A stretch of DNA of 63,389 nucleotides from Heterodontus francisci (Eukaryota): the NCBI RefSeq assembly GCF_036365525.1, contig NC_090416.1, positions 16,216,945 through 16,280,333 on the forward strand, given 5' to 3'. The translations under genes and the position numbers were made by a program. This document shows positions 25,060 to 37,100 of this stretch, in pieces. Positions within the stretch are counted from its first letter, which is position 1. Each line of letters opens with the position of its first letter. Below the pieces are notes generated by a model that was given only the letters and a program-made list of their open reading frames with translations, searched no databases and had not been told where the DNA came from.

Positions 25060-25183
25060 ATGTCGTCAGTGGGAAACCCATGGAGTAGCCTCACGGCAGT
25101 ACAGAAGGCAATGTTGGCGATCGGGGTTCCAGCCAGCGCTGTGGTTGTGTATATATTGTACAGGAGGTTCCGGGAGAGTCGAG
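25060..25183 (+). CDS. TDRKH: TDRKH first coding exon (mitochondrial TM anchor)
   Basis: MSSVGNPWSSLTAVQKAMLAIGVPASAVVVYILYRRFRESR; gtatgg donor. Confidence 0.93.
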
Positions 25184-28100
25184 GTATGGATGAGCAGGCG
25201 AGAGTTTAGTGCGTTTCGAATTCTGACTCCTGCTGCGTGCCTGTCACTTTGGTGTTGCACCCTTCCCAAGTCTTCCCTCTTAAGGGTTCCACAGGTGCCA
25301 TCCGGAGCCACAAGTGCTCATTCTTCAGGACGAGGCACTTTGACCGAATCTGAGGGACCACATGACCTTTCCCTAATTTTCGATTTAGTTCCCCTGCCCC
25401 CACACGCGCACACACACACACACACGCACAATTTCCTTGCAAGCAACTGACTTCACAAACTGATATGGAACAAAAGGAGGCCATTCGGCCCGTCGTATCT
25501 GTGCTGGCTCTTGGCAAGAGCTATCCAATTAGTCCCATTCCCCTCCCACCGCCCCAGCTCTCGCCCCATCGCCCTGCAAATTTTTTCCCTTCCAGTATTT
25601 ATCCAATTCCCCTTTTGAAAGTTACTATTGAATCTGCTTCCACCGCCCTTTCAGGCAGCGCGATCCAGATCACAACAGCACGGCACATTGTTGTCTGGCT
25701 CAGTCGCGGTGCGGTATTTTTTCAGGGTAGCCTCCACCCTGCGCTGACTGTCTTCTGGTGCTTCTGGTGTAGATGAGCCCTATGTGCTGGTTGGGGATGA
25801 TCAGATTGCCATGGACATGAGAGTCCCTCGAGATGCTGTGAAGATTATCATCGGGCGCCAGGGTTCCACTATAAAACAGGTGAGCACGCGATTCAGACAC
25901 ATTGACATCGTATCTCTGGTTAATTCTGTCCCTCTGAAGTTAAACTGCTCGCTTTGCTTTTTTACAATCTTATTAAGCTGAATCGGTGCTTTTAGTGACT
26001 TGTTTATTTGAGGGCCTCGGTCCATCAGCTTCTTTACCCGATTTAGACTCTCATTTTCCAGTCAGAGTGTGGTCACCTTGCTGATCCCACCGAAATGCGC
26101 CATCTCCCGCTAACCTACAGTGAAGTTCATTTGCCAATTACGCGCCCATCCTGCAAGTTATGCGAGGGCGCGCCTGAACTGTTGAACGGTGTTCTTATTA
26201 GATTTTAAAGGAATGAAGGATATGGCGATAGGGTGGGAAATTGGAGTCGAGGTGGAAGATCAGCCATGATCTTGTTGAATGGTGGAATGGACTCGAGGGG
26301 CCGAATGGCCTCCTCCCCCTGCTCCTATTGCTATTGCTTATGGGTAGGCTCATTCAGAAAGTAAGGAGGCATGGGATACAGGGAAAGTTGGCTGTCTGGA
26401 TACAGAATTGGCTGGCCCACAGAAGTCAGAGGGTGGTAGTAGATGGAAAGTATTCAGCCTGGAGCTCGGTGATCAGTGGTGTTCCGCAGGGATCTGTTCT
26501 GGGACCTCTGCTCTTTGTGATTTTTATAAATGACTTGGATGAGGAAGTGGAAGGCTGGGTTAGCAAGTTTGCCGATGACACGAAGGTTGCTGGAGTTGTG
26601 GATAGTGTGGAAGGCTGTTGTAGGTTGCAACGGGACACTGACAGGATGCAGAGCTGGGCTGAGAAGTGGCAGATGGAGTTCAACCTGGAAAAGTGTGAAG
26701 TAATTCATTTTGGAAGGTCGAATTTGAATGCGGAATACAGGCTTAAAGACAGGATTCTTGGTAGTGTGGAGGAACAGGGGGATCTTGGGGTCCATGTCCA
26801 TAGATCGCTCAAAGTTGCCACCCAAGTTGATAGGGTTGTTAAGAAGGCGTATGGTGTGTTGGCTTTCATTAACAGGGGGATTGAGTTTAAGAGCCGCGAG
26901 GTTATGCTGCAGCTGTATAAGGCCCTGGTTCGACCACACTTGGAATATTGTGTTCAGTTCTGGTCGCCTCATTATAGGAAGGGTGTGGAAGCTTTAGAGA
27001 GGGTGCAGAGGAGATTTACCAGGATGCTGCCTGGACTGGAGGGCATGTCCTACGAAGAAAGGTTGAGGGAGCTAGGGCATTTCTCATTGGAGCGACGAAG
27101 GATGAGAGGTGACTTGATAGAGGGGTACAAGATGATGAGAGGCATAGATAGAGTGGATAGCCAGAGACTTTTTCCCAGGGTGGAAAGGGCTATCACCAGG
27201 GGGCATAATTTTAAGGTGATTGGAGGAAGGTTTCGGGGAGATGTCAGAGGTAGGTTCTTTACACAGAGTGGTGGGTGCGTGGAATGCACTGCCAGCGGTG
27301 GTAGTAGAAGCAGATACATTAGGGACATTTAAGTGACTCTTGGATAGGTACATGGATGATAGTAGAATGAAGGGTAGGTATTTAGTTTGATGTTAGAGTA
27401 GGTTAAAGGTTCGGCACAACATCGTGGGCCGAAGGGCCTGTACTGTGCTGTACTGTTCTATGTTCTATGTCAACTGACCTCACCCCCCTCCCCACCTTCA
27501 TCGGATTCCTTTTAGCTTATCTCAGACTTTTTCTCTCCCTTTCCCCAACCTCAGCTGCGGAAGGAAACGGGCGCCCGCATCGAAGTGGAGGACAGTGAGG
27601 AGACAGGCGGGTACGAGGGGCCTGCGGAGCGAGTGCTGACCGTCGTCGGGTCGCCCGTGCAAGTGTGCAAGGCCAAGGTGGCCATCCACCAGCTTCTGGC
27701 CGACAGCATGAAGATAACGGAGGAGCTGCACGTCCCCCATCGAGCGGTGGGACGGATCATAGGTAATGCCCCGTCTCTGCTAATGCACCCGACAAGCCCT
27801 CTCTTCAAATGGTCGGGGTTATACCCCGTCGACTGTAGGAGACTAAAGGAAAGGCTTGCATTTCTATAGCGCCTTGCACAACCTCAGGGTGACCCAAAGC
27901 ACTTACACAGCCAATCATGTACTTATGAAGTGTAGTCGTTGTTGTAATGTAGGACGCACAGCAAGCTCCCACAAGCAGCAGTGTGACACTGCCCTGGTAA
28001 TCTTTTTGTATGCATTGGGGGGTATGCATCAGTCAGGATAGTGGAGAGAACTTCAAAATAGTGCCTTGTTCTGTCCACCTGAGAGGGCAAAGGAAACCTC

Positions 28101-31100
28101 AGTTTAATGGCCCCCTCCGACAGTGCGGCGCTCTCTCAGTACCGCACTGGGAGTGTCGGCCTGGCCCGAGTCTCTAGAGTGGGGCTTGAACCCACATCCT
28201 TCTGACTGGGAGGCAAGAGCGCTACCCACTCCAGCACAACTGACACTTCAAAGTGTCAGGGAGTGACCAGACAAGAGCATCAATTGACGCTTTGCACTAG
28301 AGAGACTGGGAGAAGCGGGGATTGTTCACCTGAGAGCAGAGACGGTTAAGGGGAAATTTAATCGAGGCGTTCAAGATCATAAAGGGTAAATAAGGAGAAA
28401 CTGTTTCCACTGGCAGGAGGGTCGGTGACCAGGGGAACACAGATTTAAGGTGATTGGCAACAGAACCAGAGGGGGAGATGAGAGTTTTTTTCACACAGTG
28501 AGTTGTGATCTGGAACACAGTGCCTGAAAGGGCGGTGGAAGCAGATTCAATAGTAACTTTCCAAAGGAGAATTGGATGAATACTCGAAGGGCAAGAATTT
28601 GCAGGGCTGTGGGGGAAAAGAGCAGTGGAGAGTGGGGACGAATTGGATAGCTCTTTCAAAGAGCCAACGCAGGCAGGATGGGCCGAATGGCCTTCTCCTC
28701 TGCTGGATCGTTGTACTTTTCAGATGGAAAGTTTGTACAGCCAACCGAGCAGTGCCGGTTTTGATTTGGCTGCAGGTCGCGGAGGGGAGAGCATCCGTGA
28801 GATATGCCGGACCACGGGAGCGAAGATCGTGTGTGAGAAGGAGACCAGCGAGCAGATTCTGGATACGAGGCGCTCGGTCAAGATCAGTGGCACAAAGCAA
28901 GAGGTGGCTTCGGCCAGAGTGAGTTTGTGCATGTTTGTTACTCTACACTAGACAGCGTCCTTCGGTATTACACTCGGGTGACGAGGCTGGTTTAAGAGTT
29001 CGGTTCAGGGGCAAGAGCCATTGGTAGATCATCCACCACCTTTGGCATTCACTCCCTTCACCACCAACGCACAGCGGCAGCCGTGTGTACCATCTACAAT
29101 GAAAGATTTGATAAGATCGGGGTGTTTTATACCCCGATCTAAGGAACAGACTTGGCAGCACAACAGCTTATTGTGAATCGACTTTATTGCTATAAATGTA
29201 AGGACAAGTATAAGTTTTCAGATAAACCACAGTCACAAACTCAAGCAGTAATTAACAGTCTAACACAGATACTACCCGTATCAGAGACTGGACAGCGGAG
29301 GGCACGACTAGTTTCTTTTGACGCTTTGGGGTCCTCAAGCTTTTCGGTCGGTCTCTCGCTTTCTCGTAGTTTCTCTTGTCTCTTGGTGTTCAAAGATTCT
29401 GTGCCGTGCCGCGTCAAAGACGAGGCTCCTTTTATCCTGGCGGCTTTCCAGTTAACCCTCCCCTCTCCCAATCAGTGATTGGTCTTGTATTGAAGGATGC
29501 CTTTCTTAACCAACCAAGGATCATTTTGTGATGGGTGCTAACCTTTCAGATTTGTGCAAGTAGTACCCCTTTGTGTTGACTACTTTATCTCAATGCTTTT
29601 ACATTTCGAGGCTCCTTATCTCATTCCAAGGCAAATCTACACAAGTTGTTTTCACTGTCTGCTCTCAAGGTTCTCACCCTTTTGCTGCAAGTAAGCATTT
29701 TAGAACTTGACATAATCTCCCAGAATCCCTCTGCCTTGACATCTTGTCCATACTGTGCCCTATTTCCTATGTTTTTCCACTTTACCACACTACAAAGAAG
29801 GGTTCTAACAAAACGAAGTGTTAGTTTATAATAAGTTAGTTTATAGTAACTGGATTTTAACAATTAGTACACTGGTTAGTACCTTTTGGTAACCTAATAA
29901 TCATACAACAGGATTCACTGCAGCAACTCGCCACGACATCAGCACCTTCCAGACCTGCGACCTCTTCCACCTAGAAGGGCAAGGGCAGATGCATGGGAAC
30001 ACCACCACCTGCAAGTTCCCCTCCAAGTCACACACCATCCTGACTTGGAACTATATCGCCGTTTCTTCACTGTCACTGGGTCAAAATCCTGGAACTCCCT
30101 TCCTGACAGCACTGTGGGTGGCCCAACACCACATGGAGTGCAGCGGTTCAAGAAGGCAGCTCACCACCACCTTCTCAAGGGCAATTAGGGATGGGTAATA
30201 AATGACGGCCTGGCCAGCGATGCCCACATCCCGAAAATGAATGAGGAAAGATTATATATAGACCTGGGTTACACAGGAGCAGGGAGACTGACACCGGGCC
30301 TGCTCCTTGTATTGCCCTGGCTGAGATTAGTTAACTCCACGGGGACCAGGAATTGAGCATGCGTCATTCCTGTTATGCGGGAGAGCTGGGTGTCCTGTTT
30401 ATATGAAGGAAGTGTTCTGGGATACAGCTTCCAAAAAGCAAGAGGGGGATCCGAGTTTCTGTTGTCAAAGCGTCCTCTCGCTCTCTGAACCAGCCTCTTC
30501 TCTTCCTCAGGCCCTGATCGTGGCGAAGGTGGAGGAGGAGGAGACCTTCCGCCAAAAGCTGGCCTCCTCGGCGGCCAGGAGGAGGCAGCGCAAGCATCCC
30601 ATTGGTGCGCGGACGGAGCAGGTGTCGCCCACCCACTCCGGAGAGGGGATTGCAGCCTCGCCAGCGAGCGAGGGCGGAGAGTGGGCGCTGGACACCAGCG
30701 AGGACGAGGTGGATCACAGGACAAACCCCACCATCACCACGGAGCAGGAGAAGGAAGAGGGGGCCTCCGAGAAAGACGGCCAGCCAGGAAACCACTCGAG
30801 CCAAGTGTCCAAATTTGAGAGTAAGAACCGGTTGTTTGCTGCCCCAACGGGAGGAGGCCATTCAGCCCCTCAAGCCTGTTACACAGGAATGGGAGGAGGC
30901 CATTCAGCCCCTCGAGCCTGTTACACAGGAACGGGAGGAGGCCATTCAGCCCCTCGAGCCTGTTACACAGGAATGGGAGGAGGCCATTCAGCCCCTCGAG
31001 CCTGTTACACAGGAACGGGAGGAGGCCATTCAGCCCCTCGAGCCTGTTACACAGCCCTACAGGCTGATAGTTCTGGCTATCTTGCTTTGTTTTGGGATAT

Positions 31101-34100
31101 TTAATAGTGTCATGTTGTATTGGAAATATTACATTTGTATAGCGCCTTTTGCAATCTCAGGAGATCCCAAAGCGCTTTGAGCCAATGAAAGTATTTTTGA
31201 AGTGTGGTCACTGTTTCATTAGGCTTGCTTTGAGTTATTTGAGGTATGTTATAGTGTCTCCAGTGCTTCCCCAACCCTTTAACCTTTCTCTTTTTCGAAC
31301 ACCACATCCGACTCTCTGCCTCCTCCTTCTAGTCTCTTTATTGCCCGTCCCCAGTTGCCCTGACTTTAAGAGTCGTGTGGCGACTGGAGTCACGTATAGG
31401 CCCAGTCCAGGTGAGGCCAGCAGGCTTCTTTCTCTAAAGGGGCGTGAGTTGAGCCAGTTGGATTTTTGTGAGAACCTGACAGCCACTTTATTTCCAGGCT
31501 ATTACTCCAGGCCTGTGGATTGCAAGTCCAGTAACATGATCACCTCACCACTCTCCCCTATTCCCACAGGGCTTCAAATCTTCACTCCCTCTGCCTTCCT
31601 GATATACAGTCTCGACAGGTTAAAAATGGCAACTACCTCACCGCCAGCTCAGAGCGTGCGGTGCAGTAAGGCGCCTGTGAAATATAAGCGCTAGGATGGG
31701 CGAGTCGGGCCGAATGGCCTGTTTCTGTGCTGTACCATCTATGTAATCTCAGAAATGTACAGCACAGGAGGGGGTCATTTGGCCCATCGAGTCTGTGCTG
31801 GCTCTTTCAAAGAGCAGTCCACTTTGTCCCCCCCACCCCCCCAACTCTTTTGCCCACATCCCTCCAAGTATTTATTCAACTCCCCTTTTGAAAGCTGCTT
31901 TGAATCTGCCCTTTCAGGCAGCACATTCCACTTGTTCCGTTTTAAAATAAAAGCTTTTCCTCGTGTCGCCTCTGGTTCTTTAACCAATCATTATCTAATT
32001 TTCTCTCCCTTGTTCCGCCTGCGAAGCGTCTGCGTTTCCGGCGGAGACTTAGGGTGCGTAACCTTTCTCTTTATTCTCCCTCCCCTCGCCCACAGTTCCC
32101 AGCCCTGACTTCAGTTTCCTGCCGGACGAGCACTTGGAAGTTTACGTCTCTGCCTCGGAAAACCCGAATCACTTCTGGATCCAGATCCTGGGCTCCAGAT
32201 GCTTACAGCTCGACAACCTGACCTACGAGATGTCTCGCTATTATAGAAGTTGCAGTGGTATGGTGAGTGCAGGTTAGAAGGAGCACTGCGTGGGTGTGGG
32301 AGGGGGAGCAGAGCAGGACGTGCATTTCTGTAGCACCTTCCGCAGCCTCAGCATGTCCCAAAGCGCTTGACAGCCAATGATGTACTGCCTGAAGCAAAAT
32401 GCAAAAGGTCCCTCCAGCTTCCCTTAAATTTCAGCCATAGCTCAGCGGGAGAACTCTCACTTCCAAGTTTAAAAAGTTAAGGGTTCCAGTCCCCACTGCG
32501 GAGACTGGAGCGCAAAATGCAGGTTGGCACTCCCAGTGCTGAGGGAGCGCCGCGCTGTCGGAGGGTCAGTGCTGAGGGAGCGCCGCGCTGTCGGAGGGTC
32601 AGTGCTGAGGGGGCGCCGCCCTGTCGGAGGGTCAGTGCTGAGGGGGCGCCGCCCTGTCGGAGGGTCAGTGCTGAGGGAGCGCCGCCCTGTTGGAGGGTCA
32701 GTGCTGAGGGAGCGCCGCGCTGTCGGAGGGTCAGTGCTGAGGGAGCGCCGCCCTGTCGGAGGGTCAGTGCTGAGGGAGCGCCGCCCTGTCGGAGGGTCAG
32801 TGCTGAGGGAGCGCCGCCCTGTCGGAGGGTCAGTGCTGAGGGAGCGCCGCGCTGTCGGAGGGTCAGTGCTGAGGGAGCGCCGCGCTGTCGGAGGGTCAGT
32901 GCTGAGGGAGCGCCGCGCTGTCGGAGGGTCAGTGCTGAGGGAGCGCCGCGCTGTCGGAGGGTCAGTGCTGAGGGAGCGCCGCGCTGTCGGAGGGTCAGTG
33001 CTGAGGGAGCGCCGCGCTGTCGGAGGGTCAGTGCTGAGGGAGCGCCGCGCTGTCGGAGGGTCAGTGCTGAGGGAGCGCCGCGCTGTCGGAGGGTCAGTGC
33101 TGAGGGAGCGCCGCGCTGTCGGAGGGTCAGTGCTGAGGGAGCGCCGCGCTGTCGGAGGGTCAGTGCTGAGGGAGCGCCGCGCTGTCGGAGGGTCAGTGCT
33201 GAGGGAGCGCCGCGCTGTCGGAGGGTCAGTGCTGAGGGAGCGCCGCCCTGTCGGAGGGTCAGTGCTGAGGGAGCGCCGCCCTGTCGGAGGGTCAGTGCTG
33301 AGGGAGCGCCGCGCTGTCGGAGGGTCAGTGCTGAGGGAGCGCCGCCCTGTCGGAGGGTCAGTGCTGAGGGAGCGCCGCCCTGTCGGAGGGTCAGTGCTGA
33401 GGGAGCGCCGCCCTGTCGGAGGGTCAGTGCTGAGGGAGCGCCGTCCTGTCGGAGGGTCAGTGCTGAGGGAGCGCCGCCCTGTCGGAGGGTCAGTGCTGAG
33501 GGAGTGCTGCAGTGTCGAAGTCTTTTGTGTTCTGTTATTTGGGATGAAACATTAAACTGAGGCCCCCATCTGCCCGTCTCGGGTGGATGTAAAAGATCCC
33601 ACGGCCGCTATTAAAAGAAGAGCAGGGGGTGGAGTTCTCCCCAGTGTCCCTGGGGCTGATATTTATCCTTCAACCTGCATCACTAAAAAAACAGATGATC
33701 TGGGTCATTATCCACATGCTGTTTGGGGGAACTTGCTGTGCACAAATCGGCTGTCACGTTTTCTACATTACAACATTCAGGGAAAAAAAATACTTCATTG
33801 GCTATAAAGTGCTTTGGGACATCCTGAGGTTGTGAAAGGTGCTATAGAAATGCAAGTTCTTCCTCTCTTCTCTCTTCCCTTCTTGACATCAGATTAACCC
33901 TTTCTTTACCAAATCTCTGCAGAGGGAGGACTTCACCCCGAAGCTGGGCGACATTGTGGCGGCTCCCTTCCAGGGTGACAGCTCTTGGTACCGGGCGCGA
34001 GTGCTGAGCTTCCTGGAGAGCGGGATCGCTGACCTCTACTACGTGGATTACGGCGACAACGGGGAGATTCCGATCGGGAAGCTGCAGATCCTGAGGTCAG

Positions 34101-37100
34101 TGGTGATGTCTTGCAACCCCCTACCTTCTCTCTCCTTTTCTGGAGGGGCTGGGCCGTGCTGAGGGAGGTCATGGGGTGGGGGGGGGAGGAGTGTCAGGCT
34201 CTCCGCCCCCACGATCCCTCGTGGACATACTTGCCAAGTTTATCATGAAAACCAAACCGACTGATTCTGCACCCCCAGCGATTGTTTCAGGTGATATTCT
34301 TTCTGAGAACCCTGTGGATCTCTTTTGTGACCATTTACCCCTGGCCTTTCTACCCTGACTGGCTTTGAACTAATGCTGTGGGTTTGCTTTAATACGTTAT
34401 AAGCCCGGCTTAGTTCCCCCGGTTCCGCTGCCACAACCCGCATTGTACAGAGCCCGAGCTGCTCTGTCATCTCTTGCACTGCTGACATCCTGGCCGGAGA
34501 CTGACAGACACGTCTCAGGCCTGTCTGAGTTTGCCTGGAGAGTGGATAAATCCCCAGGCCCAGATGAGATGTATCCCAGGCTGTTATGTGAGGCAAGGGA
34601 GGAGATAGCAGGGGCTCTGACACAAATTTTCAGATTCTCTCTGGCCACGGGAGAGGTCTAGAGGACAGCGAATGTGGTACCGTTATTCAAGAAGGGTAGC
34701 AGAGATAGACCAGGTAATTACAGGCCGGTGAGTCTAACATCAGTGGTTGGGAAACAACTGGAAAAAATTCTGAGGGACAGGATTAATCTCCACTTGGAGA
34801 GGCAGGGAATAATCAGGGATAGTCAGCATGGCTTTGTCAGGGGGAGATCGTGTCTATCTAACGTGATTGAATTTTTCGAGGAGGTGACTAGATGTGTAGA
34901 TGAGGGTAAAGCAGTTGAAGTAGTCTACATGGACTTCAGTAAGGCTTTTGATAAGGTCCCGCATGAGAGATTGGTTAAGAAGGTAAGAGCCCATGGGATC
35001 CAGGGCAATTTGGCAAATTGGATCCAAAATTGGCTTAGTGACAGGAGGCATGGGTAATGGTCGAGGGTTGTTTTTGTGAATGGAAGCCTGTGACCAGTGG
35101 TGTACCACAGGGATCGGTGCTGGGAGCCTTGCTGTTTGTAGTGTACATTAATGATTTAGACATGAATATAGGAGGTATGATAAGTAAGTTCGCAGGTGAC
35201 ACGAAAATTGGTGGTGTCGTAAATAGTGAAGAGGAAAGCCTTAGATTACAGGACGATATAGATGGGCTGGTAAGATGGGCAGAGCAGTGGCAAATGGAAT
35301 TTAATCCTGAGAAGTGTGAGGTGATGCATTTTGGGAGGACTAACAAGGCAAGGGAATATACAATGGATGGTAGGACCCTAGGAAGTACAGAGGGTTAGAG
35401 GGACCTTGGTGTACTTGTCCATAGATCACTGAAGGCAGCAGCACAGGTAGATAAGGTGGTGAGGAAGACATATGGGATACTTGCCTTTATTAGCCGAGGC
35501 ATAGAATACAAGAGCAGGGAGGTTATGATGGAGCTGTATAAAATGCTAGTTAGGCCACAGCTGGAGTACTGTGTACAGTTCTGGGCACCACACTATAGGA
35601 AGGATGTGATTGCACTGGAGAGGGTGCAGAGGAGATTCACCAGGATGTTGCCTGGGCTGGAGCATTTCAGCTATGAAGAGAGACTGAAAAGGTTAGGGTT
35701 GTTTTCCTTAGAGCAGAGAAGGCTGAGAAGGGGACATGATTGAGGTATACAAAACTATGAAGGGCATTGATAGGTTAGATAGGAAGAAACTTTTTCCCTT
35801 AGCAGAGGGGTGAATAAACAGGGGGCATAGATTTAAAGTAAGGGGAAGGAGGTTTAGAGGGGATTTGAGGAAAAGTTTTTTCACCCAGAGGGTGGTTGGA
35901 ATCTGGAACGCACTGCCTGAAAGGGTGGTAGAGGCAGGAACCCTCACAACAGTTAAGAAGTATTTAGATGAGCACTTGAAACGCCATAGCATACAAGGCT
36001 ACAGGCCAAGTGCTGGAAAATGGGATTAGAATAGTTAGGTGCTTGATGGCTGGCACAGACATGATGGGCCGAAGGGTCTGTTTCTGTGCTGTATAACTCT
36101 GACTCCAGTAGCATTCTCTCTTTCACGTCAGAAGGTCAGAGGTTGAAGTATCTCTCCCAGAATTGAGTGCATAATCTAGGCTGGCAGTCCTGTGCAGGAC
36201 TGAGGGAGTGCTGCGCTGTTGGTGGTATTTTTTAAATGATGAGGCATGAGAAAGTGTATTTCTTTCCTTTTCTGCCTCTGCCTCTCGCACGCGCTGTCTG
36301 GCTCGCGCGAATATGGAAGTTTCAGAAGGGAAGTGAAAAAGCAAGTAAGAGAAGCAAAGAGAGAGTATGGGAAGAGACTGGCAGCTCACATAAAAGGGAA
36401 TCCCGAAGTTTTCTATCTGCATTTAAATAGTAAAAGGGTGGAGAAAGGAGTAGTGGCGCCGATTAGGGATCAAAAAGGGGATTTATGCATGGAGGCAGAG
36501 TTATTAAGTGAACACTTTGCATCTGTCTTTACCAAGGAAGAAAATGCTGCGCAGATCATGGTGAAGGAGGAGGTAGTTGAGACACTTGAAGGGTTTAAAA
36601 TTGATAAGGAGGTGGTATTGGATAGGCTGTCGGTATTTAAAATTGATAAGGCACCAGGACCGGATGAGATGCATCCAAGGATACTGAGTGAAGTGAGAGT
36701 GGAAATTGCAGAGGCCCTGGCCATAATTTTCCTGTCTTCGTTAGACTTGGGGGCGGCGCCAGAGGACTAGAGAATTGGAAATGTAACACTCTTGTTCCAA
36801 AAAGGGTGTAACGTTAAGCCTAGCAACTGCAGGCCAGTCAGTTTAACCTCAGTGGTGGGGAAGCTCCCAATCTTTGCAAGACGCCAGAATCTTCAGCAAT
36901 GACGGAGTTTAAATCTAGTAATGATTTCCTCTTGTCTGGTTTCAGGACTGATTTCCTGAGTCTCCCGTTCCAGGCTGTCGAATGCAGCCTTGATGAAATC
37001 CAGCCAGTCGGTGAGTTCACAATTCAATCTCTCGACCGACTACACGGGTGGAGGGGCTGGGGTGTGGGGAGGGGGTGCTGCCTGAGGAGTTATCGGACTG

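Noticed and set aside
26241-27332. 363-aa reverse-transcriptase ORF as a host gene or active element
   Set aside because: 5'-truncated CR1 copy lacking the endonuclease and N-terminal RT; its start is borrowed from an adjacent LINE tail.
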